From Candidatus Methanoplasma sp. (lineage in GTDB: Archaea; Thermoplasmatota; Thermoplasmata; Methanomassiliicoccales; Methanomethylophilaceae), in assembly GCA_031288985.1 (NCBI GenBank), contig JAITQH010000027.1:1-37874 (forward strand): a DNA stretch of 37,874 bases, read 5' to 3'. A program made the translations under genes and the position numbers. Of the stretch, positions 8,755-17,996 are shown in pieces. The notes under the pieces are model-generated. The model was not told the DNA's origin. It saw only the letters and a list, made by a program, of their open reading frames with translations, and searched no databases. Each line of letters opens with the position of its first letter. Position 1 is the first letter of the stretch.

Positions 8755-9589
8755 GGTCTTCGTCCCCGTCGATGGCGCTGTCGTCGATGATCTCGACCCC
8801 GTCGTCGTTCTTGCCGCGGCTGATCAACCATGCGGACACGGCCAGTATGACTCCGAGGATCACTCCTATCAGCATGAAGATGTGCGCCGAATCCAGTCCG
8901 AAATGGGTCTCGATCTCGGATTTTGTGAGAGTGACCGACCGCGTGGTCGTGGTCGTGTCCACCGTCACATTGAAGTTGGCGCTGTCGTCGAACCCCGCGC
9001 TCGTCACGCGAAGGCTGTACGGGCCGATGGGGCATTCTATCTCGTAGACGCCGTCCCGCCCCGTGTTGGCGGAATAGCTGGAGCCGCCTTCCACGGAGAC
9101 CAAGTGGACCGTCGCGCCCGACACGACCCCGCCGTCATATGAGACGGTCCCGCGTATCAGCCCCTCGGACGCGGCCATCAGGGCGCTTTGCATGCCGTCG
9201 ATGCCCGACGTCACGGTGTATGTTTTTGTGGTCTTGTTGTAGGCGGCGGTATCCAGCTTCAGCAGAAGGAACTCGCTGCCTGCCTGCACCTCTGTGTTGG
9301 GGCAGCTGGCCACCGAATATCCGTGCATGTAGAACCTTATCTGCAACCCGATGTTGGACGTCACGGCGATGCTGAAGAATCCGTCGGCGTCCGTCGTCCC
9401 TTCGAAGTCGGAGATCCCGCGGATCGTGACGGAGACTCCCTGTATGGGCACCCTGCCCGATCCGCTCCATCCGCCTACGTGCCCTTCGATGTTGTACTGA
9501 TCCGCATCCGCCCCGTCCGACGCCTCAAATGGCATCGACAGGAACAGAACGGCGGCTACCAGAATCAGCGGCAGGACCCTGCGGAACAT
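8744..9589 (-). CDS. Membrane-anchored surface protein with two carboxypeptidase-regulatory-like (prealbumin-fold) domains
   Basis: Signal peptide (MFRRVLPLILVAAVLFLSMPFEASDG), two repeats (GVSVTI...TTDADGFFSI; GATVHL...TGRDGVYEI..PIGPYSLRVT), a C-terminal TM and an acidic tail. Confidence 0.8.
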   Translation of the reverse strand: MFRRVLPLILVAAVLFLSMPFEASDGADADQYNIEGHVGGWSGSGRVPIQGVSVTIRGISDFEGTTDADGFFSIAVTSNIGLQIRFYMHGYSVASCPNTEVQAGSEFLLLKLDTAAYNKTTKTYTVTSGIDGMQSALMAASEGLIRGTVSYDGGVVSGATVHLVSVEGGSSYSANTGRDGVYEIECPIGPYSLRVTSAGFDDSANFNVTVDTTTTTRSVTLTKSEIETHFGLDSAHIFMLIGVILGVILAVSAWLISRGKNDDGVEIIDDSAIDGDEDLRF

Positions 9590-9733
9590 GCACAATCAAT
9601 CGCGCTCCGTGATTATTACCTTTTTCATTGCCGCCGGCGGCGGACGTTCAAAAAAGGACCTGCTCCCGATGCGGCGACAGATTGTAATAAATATATCCCA
9701 TCAAGTAACGGAAACGGCATCCGAAGGAATCGC

Positions 9734-12700
9734 ATGATAGAAATTGCAAACAAAACACATACGACGGAAGAGGTCATGGGCGTCATGGAGCCTCTAATAT
9801 CCACGTGGTTCAATGAGAGGTTTGCAGGGCTGACCGAGCCTCAGGCGAAGGCGATTCCCGAGATACATAAAAGAAAGAACGTCCTAGTTTCGTCGCCCAC
9901 CGGGTCGGGGAAGACCCTCACGGCATTCACCAGCATCATCAACGAGCTCACACGATACGCGTCGGAAGGCCGTCTGGAAGAAAGGATCTACTGCGTCTAC
10001 ATCTCGCCGCTCAAGGCGCTGGCCAACGACGTCAACAGAAACCTCACCACGCCTCTCGAGGAGATGAAGGCCGTGGCGGAGGAGCATGGGATGAACATCC
10101 CCAACATAAAAGTGGCTGTCAGATCCGGCGACACGAGCCAGAACGACAGGCAGAAGATGGTCCGCCACCCGCCGCACATACTCATAACCACCCCCGAATC
10201 CCTCGCGCTGATCATGGCCGCTCCGAAATTCAAGGAGAACCTGAGAAAGGTGGAGTGGGTGATACTCGACGAGATACACGACATCTGCGACTCGAAGAGA
10301 GGGGCGTTCCTGTCGCTGACCCTCGAAAGGATGAGGCAGTTCTGCGAGAACGACTTTTCAAGGATAGGTTTGTCCGCCACCCTCGCGCCCATAGACGCGA
10401 TCGCGGGATACTTGGTCGGATGCAACGGCGACGGCTCCGTTAGGGACGTGACGCTCATAGAATCGGACTCGAAGAAGCGGCTGGATCTCAAAGTGATATG
10501 TCCGACGGAGGATATGACCGCCCTGTCTTCCGACATCGTCAATTCGATGATGTACGACACGCTGAAGGAGTTGGTGGACGCACACGAGACGACGCTCGTG
10601 TTCACGAACACGAGGTCGGGCGCGGAGAGCGTGGTCTACAAGCTCAAGGAGAGGGGGCTCGAGAACGTGGAGGTGCACCACAGCTCCCTCGGCAAGGAGA
10701 TGAGGCTGAACGTGGAGGAGCGTCTCAAAAGGGGCGAGATCAAATGCGTGGTGTCGTCCACGTCCTTGGAGCTGGGCATAGACATCGGCTCGGTGGATCT
10801 CGTGTGCCAGATAGGCTCCCCGAAATCCGTCGCGAAAGGCCTGCAAAGGATAGGGAGGAGCGGGCACAGCTTCGGGAAGGTGGCCAAAGGAAGGCTCATC
10901 GTCTTCGACTTGGACGACCTTGCCGAATGCGCCGTGATGTGCCGCGCCGCCCACAGGGGCGACATAGACCGCGTCGGCATTCCGGAGAACTGCCTCGACG
11001 TGCTTTCGCAGACCGTTGTCGGCATGAGCCTAGACAGCAAATGGATGGCGGACGACGCCTATGAGATAGTAAAAGGGTCGTACTGCTACCGCAACCTCAG
11101 ACGCGAGAGCTTCATCGGGGTGCTCAGATACTTGGGGAGCAAGGACGAGCACGAAGGCGTATACTCCAAGATCTGGTACGACGAAGAAGAGGGCCAGTTC
11201 GGCAGAAAAAAAGGATCCAGGATGATATATCTGATGAATCTCGGGACCATTCCCGAGGAGGCGAACTACAGAGTGGTCACCGGCCACGGCTCCACCGTCG
11301 GCGAGCTGTCCGAGAAGTTCGTGGAGAGGCTCTCCCCCAGGGACGTGTTCGTTCTCGGAGGGAGGTCCATGGAGTTCGTCCGCTCCAAAGGCATGATAGC
11401 CCACGTCAAGGAGGCAGGCGGCAGGAAGCCGACCGTGCCGTCGTGGGCGGGAGAGATGCTCCCGAGGAGCTTCGACCTTTCCATGGACGTCGCCGTGTTC
11501 AGGAAGGAGATGGCGGGGCTCATAGACGGGGAGGACGGAGAACTGATCCCGAAGATATCCTCGGAGTTCGACATCGACGAGGGATCCGCAAGAAGCCTCA
11601 TATCCTATTTCAGGGAGCAGAAGGCCGTCACCGGCATCATACCGGACAACGAGAGGCTCGCCATCGAAGAGTACATAGACCCGTCCGGCAACCAGAGGAT
11701 CATATTCCACTTTCCTTTCGGGCGCAGGGTGAACGACGCGCTGTCGAGAGGATACGCTTACAGGATATCCAACGCTCTGGGCGCGAATGTGTCGGTTACG
11801 ATAACCGACGACAACTTCATGATAGGCACGTCCAGAAAGACCGACGTCGCCGACATACCCGGCTTGCTGGGTGCGGCGGACATCGAGCCGATCCTGAGAA
11901 AGGCCGTCAAGGATTCCGAGATATTCAAGCTGAGGTTCAGGCACACCGCCGCCCGCAGCTTCATGATCCTCCGCAACTACATGGGCCGACCCATATCGGT
12001 GAACCGGCAGCAGATGCGGTCATCCTATCTCCTCGACGCGCTCGGCGGCATGGACAACGAGCCGGTCATCGAGGAGACGTACAGAGAGGTGCTGGAGGAC
12101 GACATGGACATCAAGAACGCCCAGGTCGTGCTGGAGATGATAGACGACGGCAGGATGAGCGTCTCGGTGTTCCCATTCAACGGCATGCCGTCGCCGTTCG
12201 CGCATTCCGTCATTCTGTCCGGGTTCTCGGACATAGTCCTGATGGAGGACCGCTCCGCGCTTCTCAAGGAGCTGCACCGCAAGGTGCTCCACCGCGCCCT
12301 GGGCGACAGCATAAAGGACTTTGAATTCGAAGAGGATCAGATCATCCCCTACTTCAGACAGAAGATCGGGCGCATAACCTGCAAAGAGGACATTCCCGCC
12401 CTGCTTTCGCGCACCGGCCCCCTGCAGGCCATAAAAGAAAGAGGCCGAAACATATACGCCTACGCCGACGAGGACAAGAAGATCGTGGACGGGTGGGTCC
12501 GCGAACTCATCAAAGAAAAGAAGATAGGAACGGTCTTCCTTGACGAGCCGTACATAATGAACGCCGACGACATCCCGACGTACGCTTCCGCCACCGCGAA
12601 AGAGCGTGAACTCTCCGACACCGACAGAAAGGTGTTGGAATGCGTCGGCGAAAGGACCGCGCTCAGCGACGTCACCGCCGAGCTGAAAATAAGCGAGGAC

Positions 12701-15103
12701 GTGACCTTCCGTTCTATGAGGAAGCTTGAGTCCATGTATCTGGTCACGAGGACGGACATCGACGGCAACAACCGGTGGTATTTCACCAAGGCGGAGCATT
12801 CCCGCGTCGACAAGCTGGAGGCTCTGGATCTGATAGTCGAGAGATATCTGAACTGCTTCGCGCCCGCCACCGTGCCGGAGGTGGCCTTCGCACTGTCGAT
12901 AACGGACGGAGAGGCGCGCTCGGCTCTGGAGTCCTGCGTCGCCCGCGAGATCGCAGCGAAAGGGAGCTTCCTGGTCTCCGAGAGCCCGCAGTACATGAAG
13001 AGCATAGACCGCATGCGTCTGAGGGCGGGGAAGGAGAACGTCTACAGCCACAGCACGCTGGAGGCGTTCAGGCAAAGCAAAGGCGCGTCGTTCGGCAGCA
13101 TACGCGAGTACATGGAGTTCTTCATGGCTCCGGGAAGCGAGATAGACGTCTTCAACAGGGTCGAGAGCTTCGACCTTCAGGAATGGTACGGGATGAGGGA
13201 GTCCGGAGAGATCATCCTGGGCAGGTTCGTCAGAGGGAGAGTGAAATATATGCTCCGGCACAACGCCGCCAAGATGGCGGCGCTGAGGCCCGAGGCGCAG
13301 CTTTCCGCGTTGGACGAGGACATCCTGTCGAGGATAGAAGGCTCAGGAAAGGCGACGATGAGGCAGCTGACGGCCGACACGGGGAGAAGCAAAGAAGAGG
13401 TCAAAGAATCCCTTCTGCGCCTGGACCACGCCCTGAAGATCGTCCGCTCATTTGAAGACAGGGAGGACTGGGGCACCGAGAACACCTACGCCGCATACCA
13501 TCCCGAGGCGCCGGGCGGCGACCCCCTGCGGGAGATGATGGAGAACTATGTCAGGGCGTACGGCCCCACGGTCCCATCGGTGCTCTCGTACGTGTTCGAG
13601 ACGCCCCCCGAGCGCGTGGCGGAGATCCTGGCGGAGATAGGGGCCGTGCAGATATTCGAGGCGAACAATCCCAACTGCCTGTACATCATGCCCGACGAGG
13701 CTCCGCTCCTGTCGGAGACGGGGGACTCAGGCGCAGAAGTGGTCGTAAGATCGCTTTACGACGTCTCCCTGTCGGGCATGTGGATGCTTCTGTCCTCCAG
13801 ATTCGGGGACAGATGGGTGTACCCCGTGACCCGCGGCCCGGCCCTCATCGGAGGTCTGGAGATCTGGGAGATGTCGGGATGCGTCGAGATACGGGGCGTG
13901 GACCTCGACGCTCCGGAACTCCTCCCCGACGTGCTGAAGGCCGTGGACCGCCTGATGAGATTCTTCAACATGAAAGGCGTGGACGTGGTGAGGGTCAGAG
14001 AGGTCATGGGCGTGGACGCATCGCAGCTTGACGGGGACGCGGCGGACGCGATGGCCTCGGCGGGATACGTCCGGGTCAACGGATTCTACGCCAAAGGAAG
14101 ATTCATCCCCCGCACCATGCCGGAGCAGGAGTACATGGACTATGTGTTCTACAGGCAGAGGGTGGGCAAGGACCGCAAATACGAGACGGTCGACCAGGCC
14201 GTGAAGGCAAGAGGATACATAAGGAACGACCAGGAGATAATCACACGCGTCAGTCAGAAGACCACCGTGAGGAAAGAGCTGGACCGCAGAAATCTGGTGA
14301 AAATGTCCCTTCTGCCGTCGTTCGTGGGCTACACATCGCTGAACTTCGCCCCTTTGTACCTTGCGTCGAAGCACAGGGACGAGGATCCTGACTCAAAAAC
14401 GCTCCTGGCGCTGATCAAGGCGAGGCAGCCCGCGCCCAGAAAGGAGATCGTGGCCGCGTCCATGTTCTCTTCGGAGAGGACGACCGAGATCCTGTCGGAG
14501 CTGTCTGGGTCGTCGCAGATATATCTGGACGCCGACTCGTGCTACAACGTCGTGCCCCGGAAGAACATCGGGAGGAGGGAGGCGCTGAAGAAGGTGGCCA
14601 TGCGGCACTTCGAGGACATAGGGATATTTTCGGCGGAGGAGCTCGCCCAGTTCCTGGGCACCCGCATGAGCGAGACGCGCCGGGTGCTTGCCGATCTGGA
14701 GTCCGAAGGGAGCCTGGTGAAGGGATTCCTTCTCAAGGACGACCCGATCCTCAGGTGGATGCCGGCGTCCGACAGGGATTTCACGCCGCCGCCGTTCAGG
14801 GAGATGTTCCTGCTGAACACCCAAGACAATCTTCATCTGTACCTCAGGAGCTACATCAAGGCCGAGACCGGCACCACGGACTGCGTCGTGTTCGACGGAA
14901 CCAGGATCGTCGGGCATTTCAAAGGGAAGGTGGACTCGACGGGAGCCAAGGTGGAGAACTTCGAGGGTTCCGACAAAGCCAACCTGTTCGTCAAAAAGAC
15001 CGCGCGTTCATGCGGCGTCAGGATCGAGGACCGCAAGAAGGTCGACGACAATGACGACTGGAGCATATCGGAGTTCTATCTGAAGACCAATCCCGGCGCT
15101 TGA
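9734..15103 (+). CDS. lhr: Lhr-family SF2 helicase, long form (1789 aa) with a multi-wHTH C-terminal extension
   Basis: SPTGSGKT, YISPLKAL, ITTPESL, DEIH, GLSAT, SLELGIDIG, QRIGRSGH and PSW motifs. ATG 9734 follows an AT-rich TATA-like tract at about 9684-9696. Confidence 0.93.
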   Translation: MIEIANKTHTTEEVMGVMEPLISTWFNERFAGLTEPQAKAIPEIHKRKNVLVSSPTGSGKTLTAFTSIINELTRYASEGRLEERIYCVYISPLKALANDVNRNLTTPLEEMKAVAEEHGMNIPNIKVAVRSGDTSQNDRQKMVRHPPHILITTPESLALIMAAPKFKENLRKVEWVILDEIHDICDSKRGAFLSLTLERMRQFCENDFSRIGLSATLAPIDAIAGYLVGCNGDGSVRDVTLIESDSKKRLDLKVICPTEDMTALSSDIVNSMMYDTLKELVDAHETTLVFTNTRSGAESVVYKLKERGLENVEVHHSSLGKEMRLNVEERLKRGEIKCVVSSTSLELGIDIGSVDLVCQIGSPKSVAKGLQRIGRSGHSFGKVAKGRLIVFDLDDLAECAVMCRAAHRGDIDRVGIPENCLDVLSQTVVGMSLDSKWMADDAYEIVKGSYCYRNLRRESFIGVLRYLGSKDEHEGVYSKIWYDEEEGQFGRKKGSRMIYLMNLGTIPEEANYRVVTGHGSTVGELSEKFVERLSPRDVFVLGGRSMEFVRSKGMIAHVKEAGGRKPTVPSWAGEMLPRSFDLSMDVAVFRKEMAGLIDGEDGELIPKISSEFDIDEGSARSLISYFREQKAVTGIIPDNERLAIEEYIDPSGNQRIIFHFPFGRRVNDALSRGYAYRISNALGANVSVTITDDNFMIGTSRKTDVADIPGLLGAADIEPILRKAVKDSEIFKLRFRHTAARSFMILRNYMGRPISVNRQQMRSSYLLDALGGMDNEPVIEETYREVLEDDMDIKNAQVVLEMIDDGRMSVSVFPFNGMPSPFAHSVILSGFSDIVLMEDRSALLKELHRKVLHRALGDSIKDFEFEEDQIIPYFRQKIGRITCKEDIPALLSRTGPLQAIKERGRNIYAYADEDKKIVDGWVRELIKEKKIGTVFLDEPYIMNADDIPTYASATAKERELSDTDRKVLECVGERTALSDVTAELKISEDVTFRSMRKLESMYLVTRTDIDGNNRWYFTKAEHSRVDKLEALDLIVERYLNCFAPATVPEVAFALSITDGEARSALESCVAREIAAKGSFLVSESPQYMKSIDRMRLRAGKENVYSHSTLEAFRQSKGASFGSIREYMEFFMAPGSEIDVFNRVESFDLQEWYGMRESGEIILGRFVRGRVKYMLRHNAAKMAALRPEAQLSALDEDILSRIEGSGKATMRQLTADTGRSKEEVKESLLRLDHALKIVRSFEDREDWGTENTYAAYHPEAPGGDPLREMMENYVRAYGPTVPSVLSYVFETPPERVAEILAEIGAVQIFEANNPNCLYIMPDEAPLLSETGDSGAEVVVRSLYDVSLSGMWMLLSSRFGDRWVYPVTRGPALIGGLEIWEMSGCVEIRGVDLDAPELLPDVLKAVDRLMRFFNMKGVDVVRVREVMGVDASQLDGDAADAMASAGYVRVNGFYAKGRFIPRTMPEQEYMDYVFYRQRVGKDRKYETVDQAVKARGYIRNDQEIITRVSQKTTVRKELDRRNLVKMSLLPSFVGYTSLNFAPLYLASKHRDEDPDSKTLLALIKARQPAPRKEIVAASMFSSERTTEILSELSGSSQIYLDADSCYNVVPRKNIGRREALKKVAMRHFEDIGIFSAEELAQFLGTRMSETRRVLADLESEGSLVKGFLLKDDPILRWMPASDRDFTPPPFREMFLLNTQDNLHLYLRSYIKAETGTTDCVVFDGTRIVGHFKGKVDSTGAKVENFEGSDKANLFVKKTARSCGVRIEDRKKVDDNDDWSISEFYLKTNPGA

Positions 15104-15901
15104 TCAGACGATGAAGCCGCTGTGATACAGGAACTGTTGGGCGTATCCGGCGTATTCTCCGAACTTCGCCCTTCCGAATTCGGACATCGCTTTGTAGCTT
15201 CCGCTCACGCCGTACCTGTCATGAAGGCAGGACGATATCCTGACGTCGATCGGGAAAGCCGACAGATGGCCGTAGGCGAACAGCGCCGCGCAGTCGGCGA
15301 CCTTGGGGCCGACGCCGTTGATCCCCATCAGCGTTCTGATGCATCCTTCATAGTCCATATCGGCTATCGCGTCGGGATCCACCTCTCCGTTCTCGACGCG
15401 CTCGGCAAGCTCCAAGAACCTGTTCTCTCTGAATCCCAGCCTGCAGACGCAGATCTCGCCGCTTTTGTCCAATATCTCCTTCGGGGTCGGGAACGCATGC
15501 CTGCCTCCGAGATCCCGGCCGAAGACGCAGCATACGGATTCGACCATCTTCGCAACGCGTTTGACGTTGACGTTCGTCGCCAAAAGATACGTGGCGACGC
15601 ACTCCCACCGATCCTGCTTCAGTATGCGCATTCCGGGGCAGGCGGCGGACAGGCCCGCCACATACGGGTCGGCCTCCGAGATCCTTGAGATTATATGCGG
15701 AAGATCGTCGCCGCTTCTGAAATACTCAAGCACGCGGGAGCGGTCCGAGCACCCCTCGCAGTCAAAGCCGTACGGCGTCTGGGTAAGGTTCAGCACATGG
15801 CCGCCGACGACCCCGTTCCATACGTCCCCGTTCTTCCTCCAGCGGTGGGCCTGACCGCATCCGAGGGTGGGATCCAGGGACACGTCCAAATCAATATGCA
15901 C
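15104..15901 (-). CDS. ogg: 8-oxoguanine DNA glycosylase/AP lyase (OGG1-type, HhH-GPD)
   Basis: TLGCGQAHRW, GMRILKQD, HhH GVGPKVADC with the catalytic Lys, FPIDV and AGYAQQFLY. Confidence 0.92.
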   Translation of the reverse strand: MHIDLDVSLDPTLGCGQAHRWRKNGDVWNGVVGGHVLNLTQTPYGFDCEGCSDRSRVLEYFRSGDDLPHIISRISEADPYVAGLSAACPGMRILKQDRWECVATYLLATNVNVKRVAKMVESVCCVFGRDLGGRHAFPTPKEILDKSGEICVCRLGFRENRFLELAERVENGEVDPDAIADMDYEGCIRTLMGINGVGPKVADCAALFAYGHLSAFPIDVRISSCLHDRYGVSGSYKAMSEFGRAKFGEYAGYAQQFLYHSGFIV

Positions 15902-15940
15902 GCGTACTCATGCCGGCGCACGTATATCAGAATTTCCTGA

Positions 15941-16117
15941 TTTCTTTTCGTAGACAAAAGAGAAAAATATCTGCTTTCAGATACTGACGTCTATACCATG
16001 GACAAGGTATCCGCATCAGAACTGAATGAAGCATTGGACAGACTCCACGAGCGTGCGGGCAGCCTGTTTCGTTCAATGCCCAAGCCCATGTTGGAAAGAG
16101 CAATGGGGTCGATTTAA
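15941..16117 (+). pseudogene. Short open frame (39 aa from ATG 15998), probably the C-terminal remnant of a TIGR04255-like protein
   Basis: Frame reads FLFVDKREKYLLSDTDVYT-MDKVSASELNEALDRLHERAGSLFRSMPKPMLERAMGSI*. Its TAA overlaps the next ATG (TAATG). The family resemblance is recalled, not searched. Confidence 0.4.
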
Positions 16118-16563
16118 TGCCTGATTATGTGTGGACAGCCGGTGCGCCGGACAATTCGGATCGGGGATACACGCCCCCCGACAACAGCGGCACGCTGATC
16201 GCATCGCACGTCTACAAGACAATGGCAGAGGTCAAGCAGGCGATGGGGCAGATCGACAATCCGATCATAAGGCAGAAGGTTGAGCGGTTCGCATGGAGAT
16301 TCGAGGATATACTCGATCAAGAGCTGACCCGCATCGGCGGAGTCTATTACATAAGGTCTCTTTCGCTGTATTCCGAACCGGGTCAGACCGAGATAACGTG
16401 GACCTTCGCAGGCTCCGGAGCGGGTTTTGTGTTCGAAGAGGACAGTTCGTCATGGTACTGTTTCCTGAACGCCGACGACAGAAGAACAACCGTCTCGGGC
16501 GTATTGAACGAAGAGACCTGCGCCGACGCAATAAGAGATGTTATTCGCTGCGTCCTGAGGTGA
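16117..16563 (+). CDS. Hypothetical protein, candidate antitoxin/partner
   Basis: 148 aa, coupled to both neighbours. C-terminal alpha/beta pattern TEITWTF...GFVFEEDSSSWY. Confidence 0.65.
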   Translation: MPDYVWTAGAPDNSDRGYTPPDNSGTLIASHVYKTMAEVKQAMGQIDNPIIRQKVERFAWRFEDILDQELTRIGGVYYIRSLSLYSEPGQTEITWTFAGSGAGFVFEEDSSSWYCFLNADDRRTTVSGVLNEETCADAIRDVIRCVLR

Positions 16564-16567
16564 CAAC

Positions 16568-16999
16568 ATGGAAGAATACCCGGACAGTCTTCTTCGGGGG
16601 ATAGTTGACAAAAGAGACCAATGGTACAAAGAAGGGCTGATCCAGCCCGCTCTTTTTAAGGCATTCGGCAAGCCCGACGAAGAAGGATGGAGGGAGTTGT
16701 CGATCAATTGGTACGACTGCGCCGACGCGCTCCTTCAGCTCCTGCGGAAGCCAAGTGAAAACGGGGGCGGATTGGAGTATGAAGGCGGAGCCGCACAGGT
16801 GAAAAGAGAAGAAGTGGATAGGTTGAAACACCACGAAAATCACAGAGGATTCATAGATTATGAGAGAGACAGGCTGCCGGACAACGAATATCACGGCAAC
16901 ATATTGTTTCTGAACAAAGACCCGGCCGAGAAAACAAGATACAACATGATATGCGGCATGCTTGCGTCCTGCGCCGTCAGGATCGTTCCGGAACATTGA
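16568..16999 (+). CDS. Hypothetical protein, candidate ADP-ribosyltransferase-like toxin
   Basis: 143 aa with a strong SD (GAGGTGA, 16557-16563). Motif order LLRG, ELSINW, NEYHGNI resembles the R...S...H layout of ART-fold toxins. Confidence 0.6.
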   Translation: MEEYPDSLLRGIVDKRDQWYKEGLIQPALFKAFGKPDEEGWRELSINWYDCADALLQLLRKPSENGGGLEYEGGAAQVKREEVDRLKHHENHRGFIDYERDRLPDNEYHGNILFLNKDPAEKTRYNMICGMLASCAVRIVPEH

Positions 17000-17062
17000 A
17001 CGCGCCGCAACGGTCCGGGGCCGCAACAACACAATGAAATACGTTCTCAAACATGATGCGGC

Positions 17063-17878
17063 ATGAGATTCGGCCCGGCGGGATACCCAAGCGCAGGCAA
17101 AAATGCGGAGGGCGCGCTTCAATACACCAAGGACATAGGCCTCGGTGCTTTGGAAGTGGAGTTCGTAAGGGGCGCCAGGATCTCCAGGGAAAGGGCGGAG
17201 GCCATCGGCGGCTTTGCGCGCAGGCTCGACATAAGACTGAGCTGCCATGCCCCGTACTTCATAAGTTTCAACTCCGACTCCGACGAGACCCGCGCCAAGA
17301 GCATCGACTGGGTGCTTGACACGGCCCGCGCCGCGCACGCTTTGGGAGCGTACATAATCGTCATACATGCGGCGTCCTACGGGAAGAGTCCGGGAACAGC
17401 CATGGGATCCGTGATCGACGGACTGAGGAAGTGCAAGGACATTTTGGACTCCGAAGGGATAAAGGACGTGACCCTGGGGATAGAGACCATGGGCAAGCAG
17501 GGGCAGTTCGGCACGCTTAAGGAGATAGCGGAGGTGATGGACTCCGTGGACGGGGTCAGGCCCGTGCTTGACGTGGCCCACGTCCACGCCCGCGGCGTCG
17601 GGGCGCTGAAGACGCGGGAGGACATGCAGAACCTCATCGACGAGTTCTTCCCGCTGTGCGGAGATATAGCGCATTTTCACATCAGCTGCATAAAATATGG
17701 GGAGAAGGGCGAGATATCGCATCTGCCCCTGGAGACCAAGGAGCCCGATCTCCAATATCTCGCGGACATTCTGAACGATTCCGACAGAGAATGCACATTC
17801 ATCTGCGAGTCGCCGCTGATAGAGAAGGACGCCGTTGTGTTCAGGGATATGTTCCCGAAACACCGTCTTTCAAAGTAA
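17063..17878 (+). CDS. nfo: Endonuclease IV (AP endonuclease family 2)
   Basis: RFGPAG, LEVEFVRG, HAPYFIS, VIHAA, ETMGKQGQFG, DVAHVHAR, HFH and ICESP motifs. Confidence 0.92.
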   Translation: MRFGPAGYPSAGKNAEGALQYTKDIGLGALEVEFVRGARISRERAEAIGGFARRLDIRLSCHAPYFISFNSDSDETRAKSIDWVLDTARAAHALGAYIIVIHAASYGKSPGTAMGSVIDGLRKCKDILDSEGIKDVTLGIETMGKQGQFGTLKEIAEVMDSVDGVRPVLDVAHVHARGVGALKTREDMQNLIDEFFPLCGDIAHFHISCIKYGEKGEISHLPLETKEPDLQYLADILNDSDRECTFICESPLIEKDAVVFRDMFPKHRLSK

Positions 17879-17914
17879 ACATTTTTATCTGCGTGTCTGT
17901 TAGGCGTGCTCAAT

Positions 17915-17989
17915 GCCACTGTGGCTCAGAGGTAGAGCGGCAGTTTCGTAAACTGTAGGCCGGGGGTTCGATTCCCTCCAGTGGCTCCA
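17915..17989 (+). tRNA. tRNA-Thr(CGT), CCA encoded
   Basis: Acceptor GCCACTG/CAGTGGC, anticodon loop TT-CGT-AA (17945-17951) and GTTCGATTC T-loop. TTTTTATC TATA box at 17882. Confidence 0.96.
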
Positions 17990-17996
17990 TACATTC

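Noticed and set aside
9188-9733. N-terminal extension making Lhr 1971 aa
   Set aside because: It overlaps the opposite-strand surface-protein gene and the promoter region; helicase-like sequence starts at ATG 9734.
15926-15983. Inverted repeats ATCAG-N6-CTGAT and TATCTG-N4-CAGATA as cassette operators
   Set aside because: The arms are only 5-6 bp, differ from each other, and partly lie in the apparent coding remnant; too weak to call.
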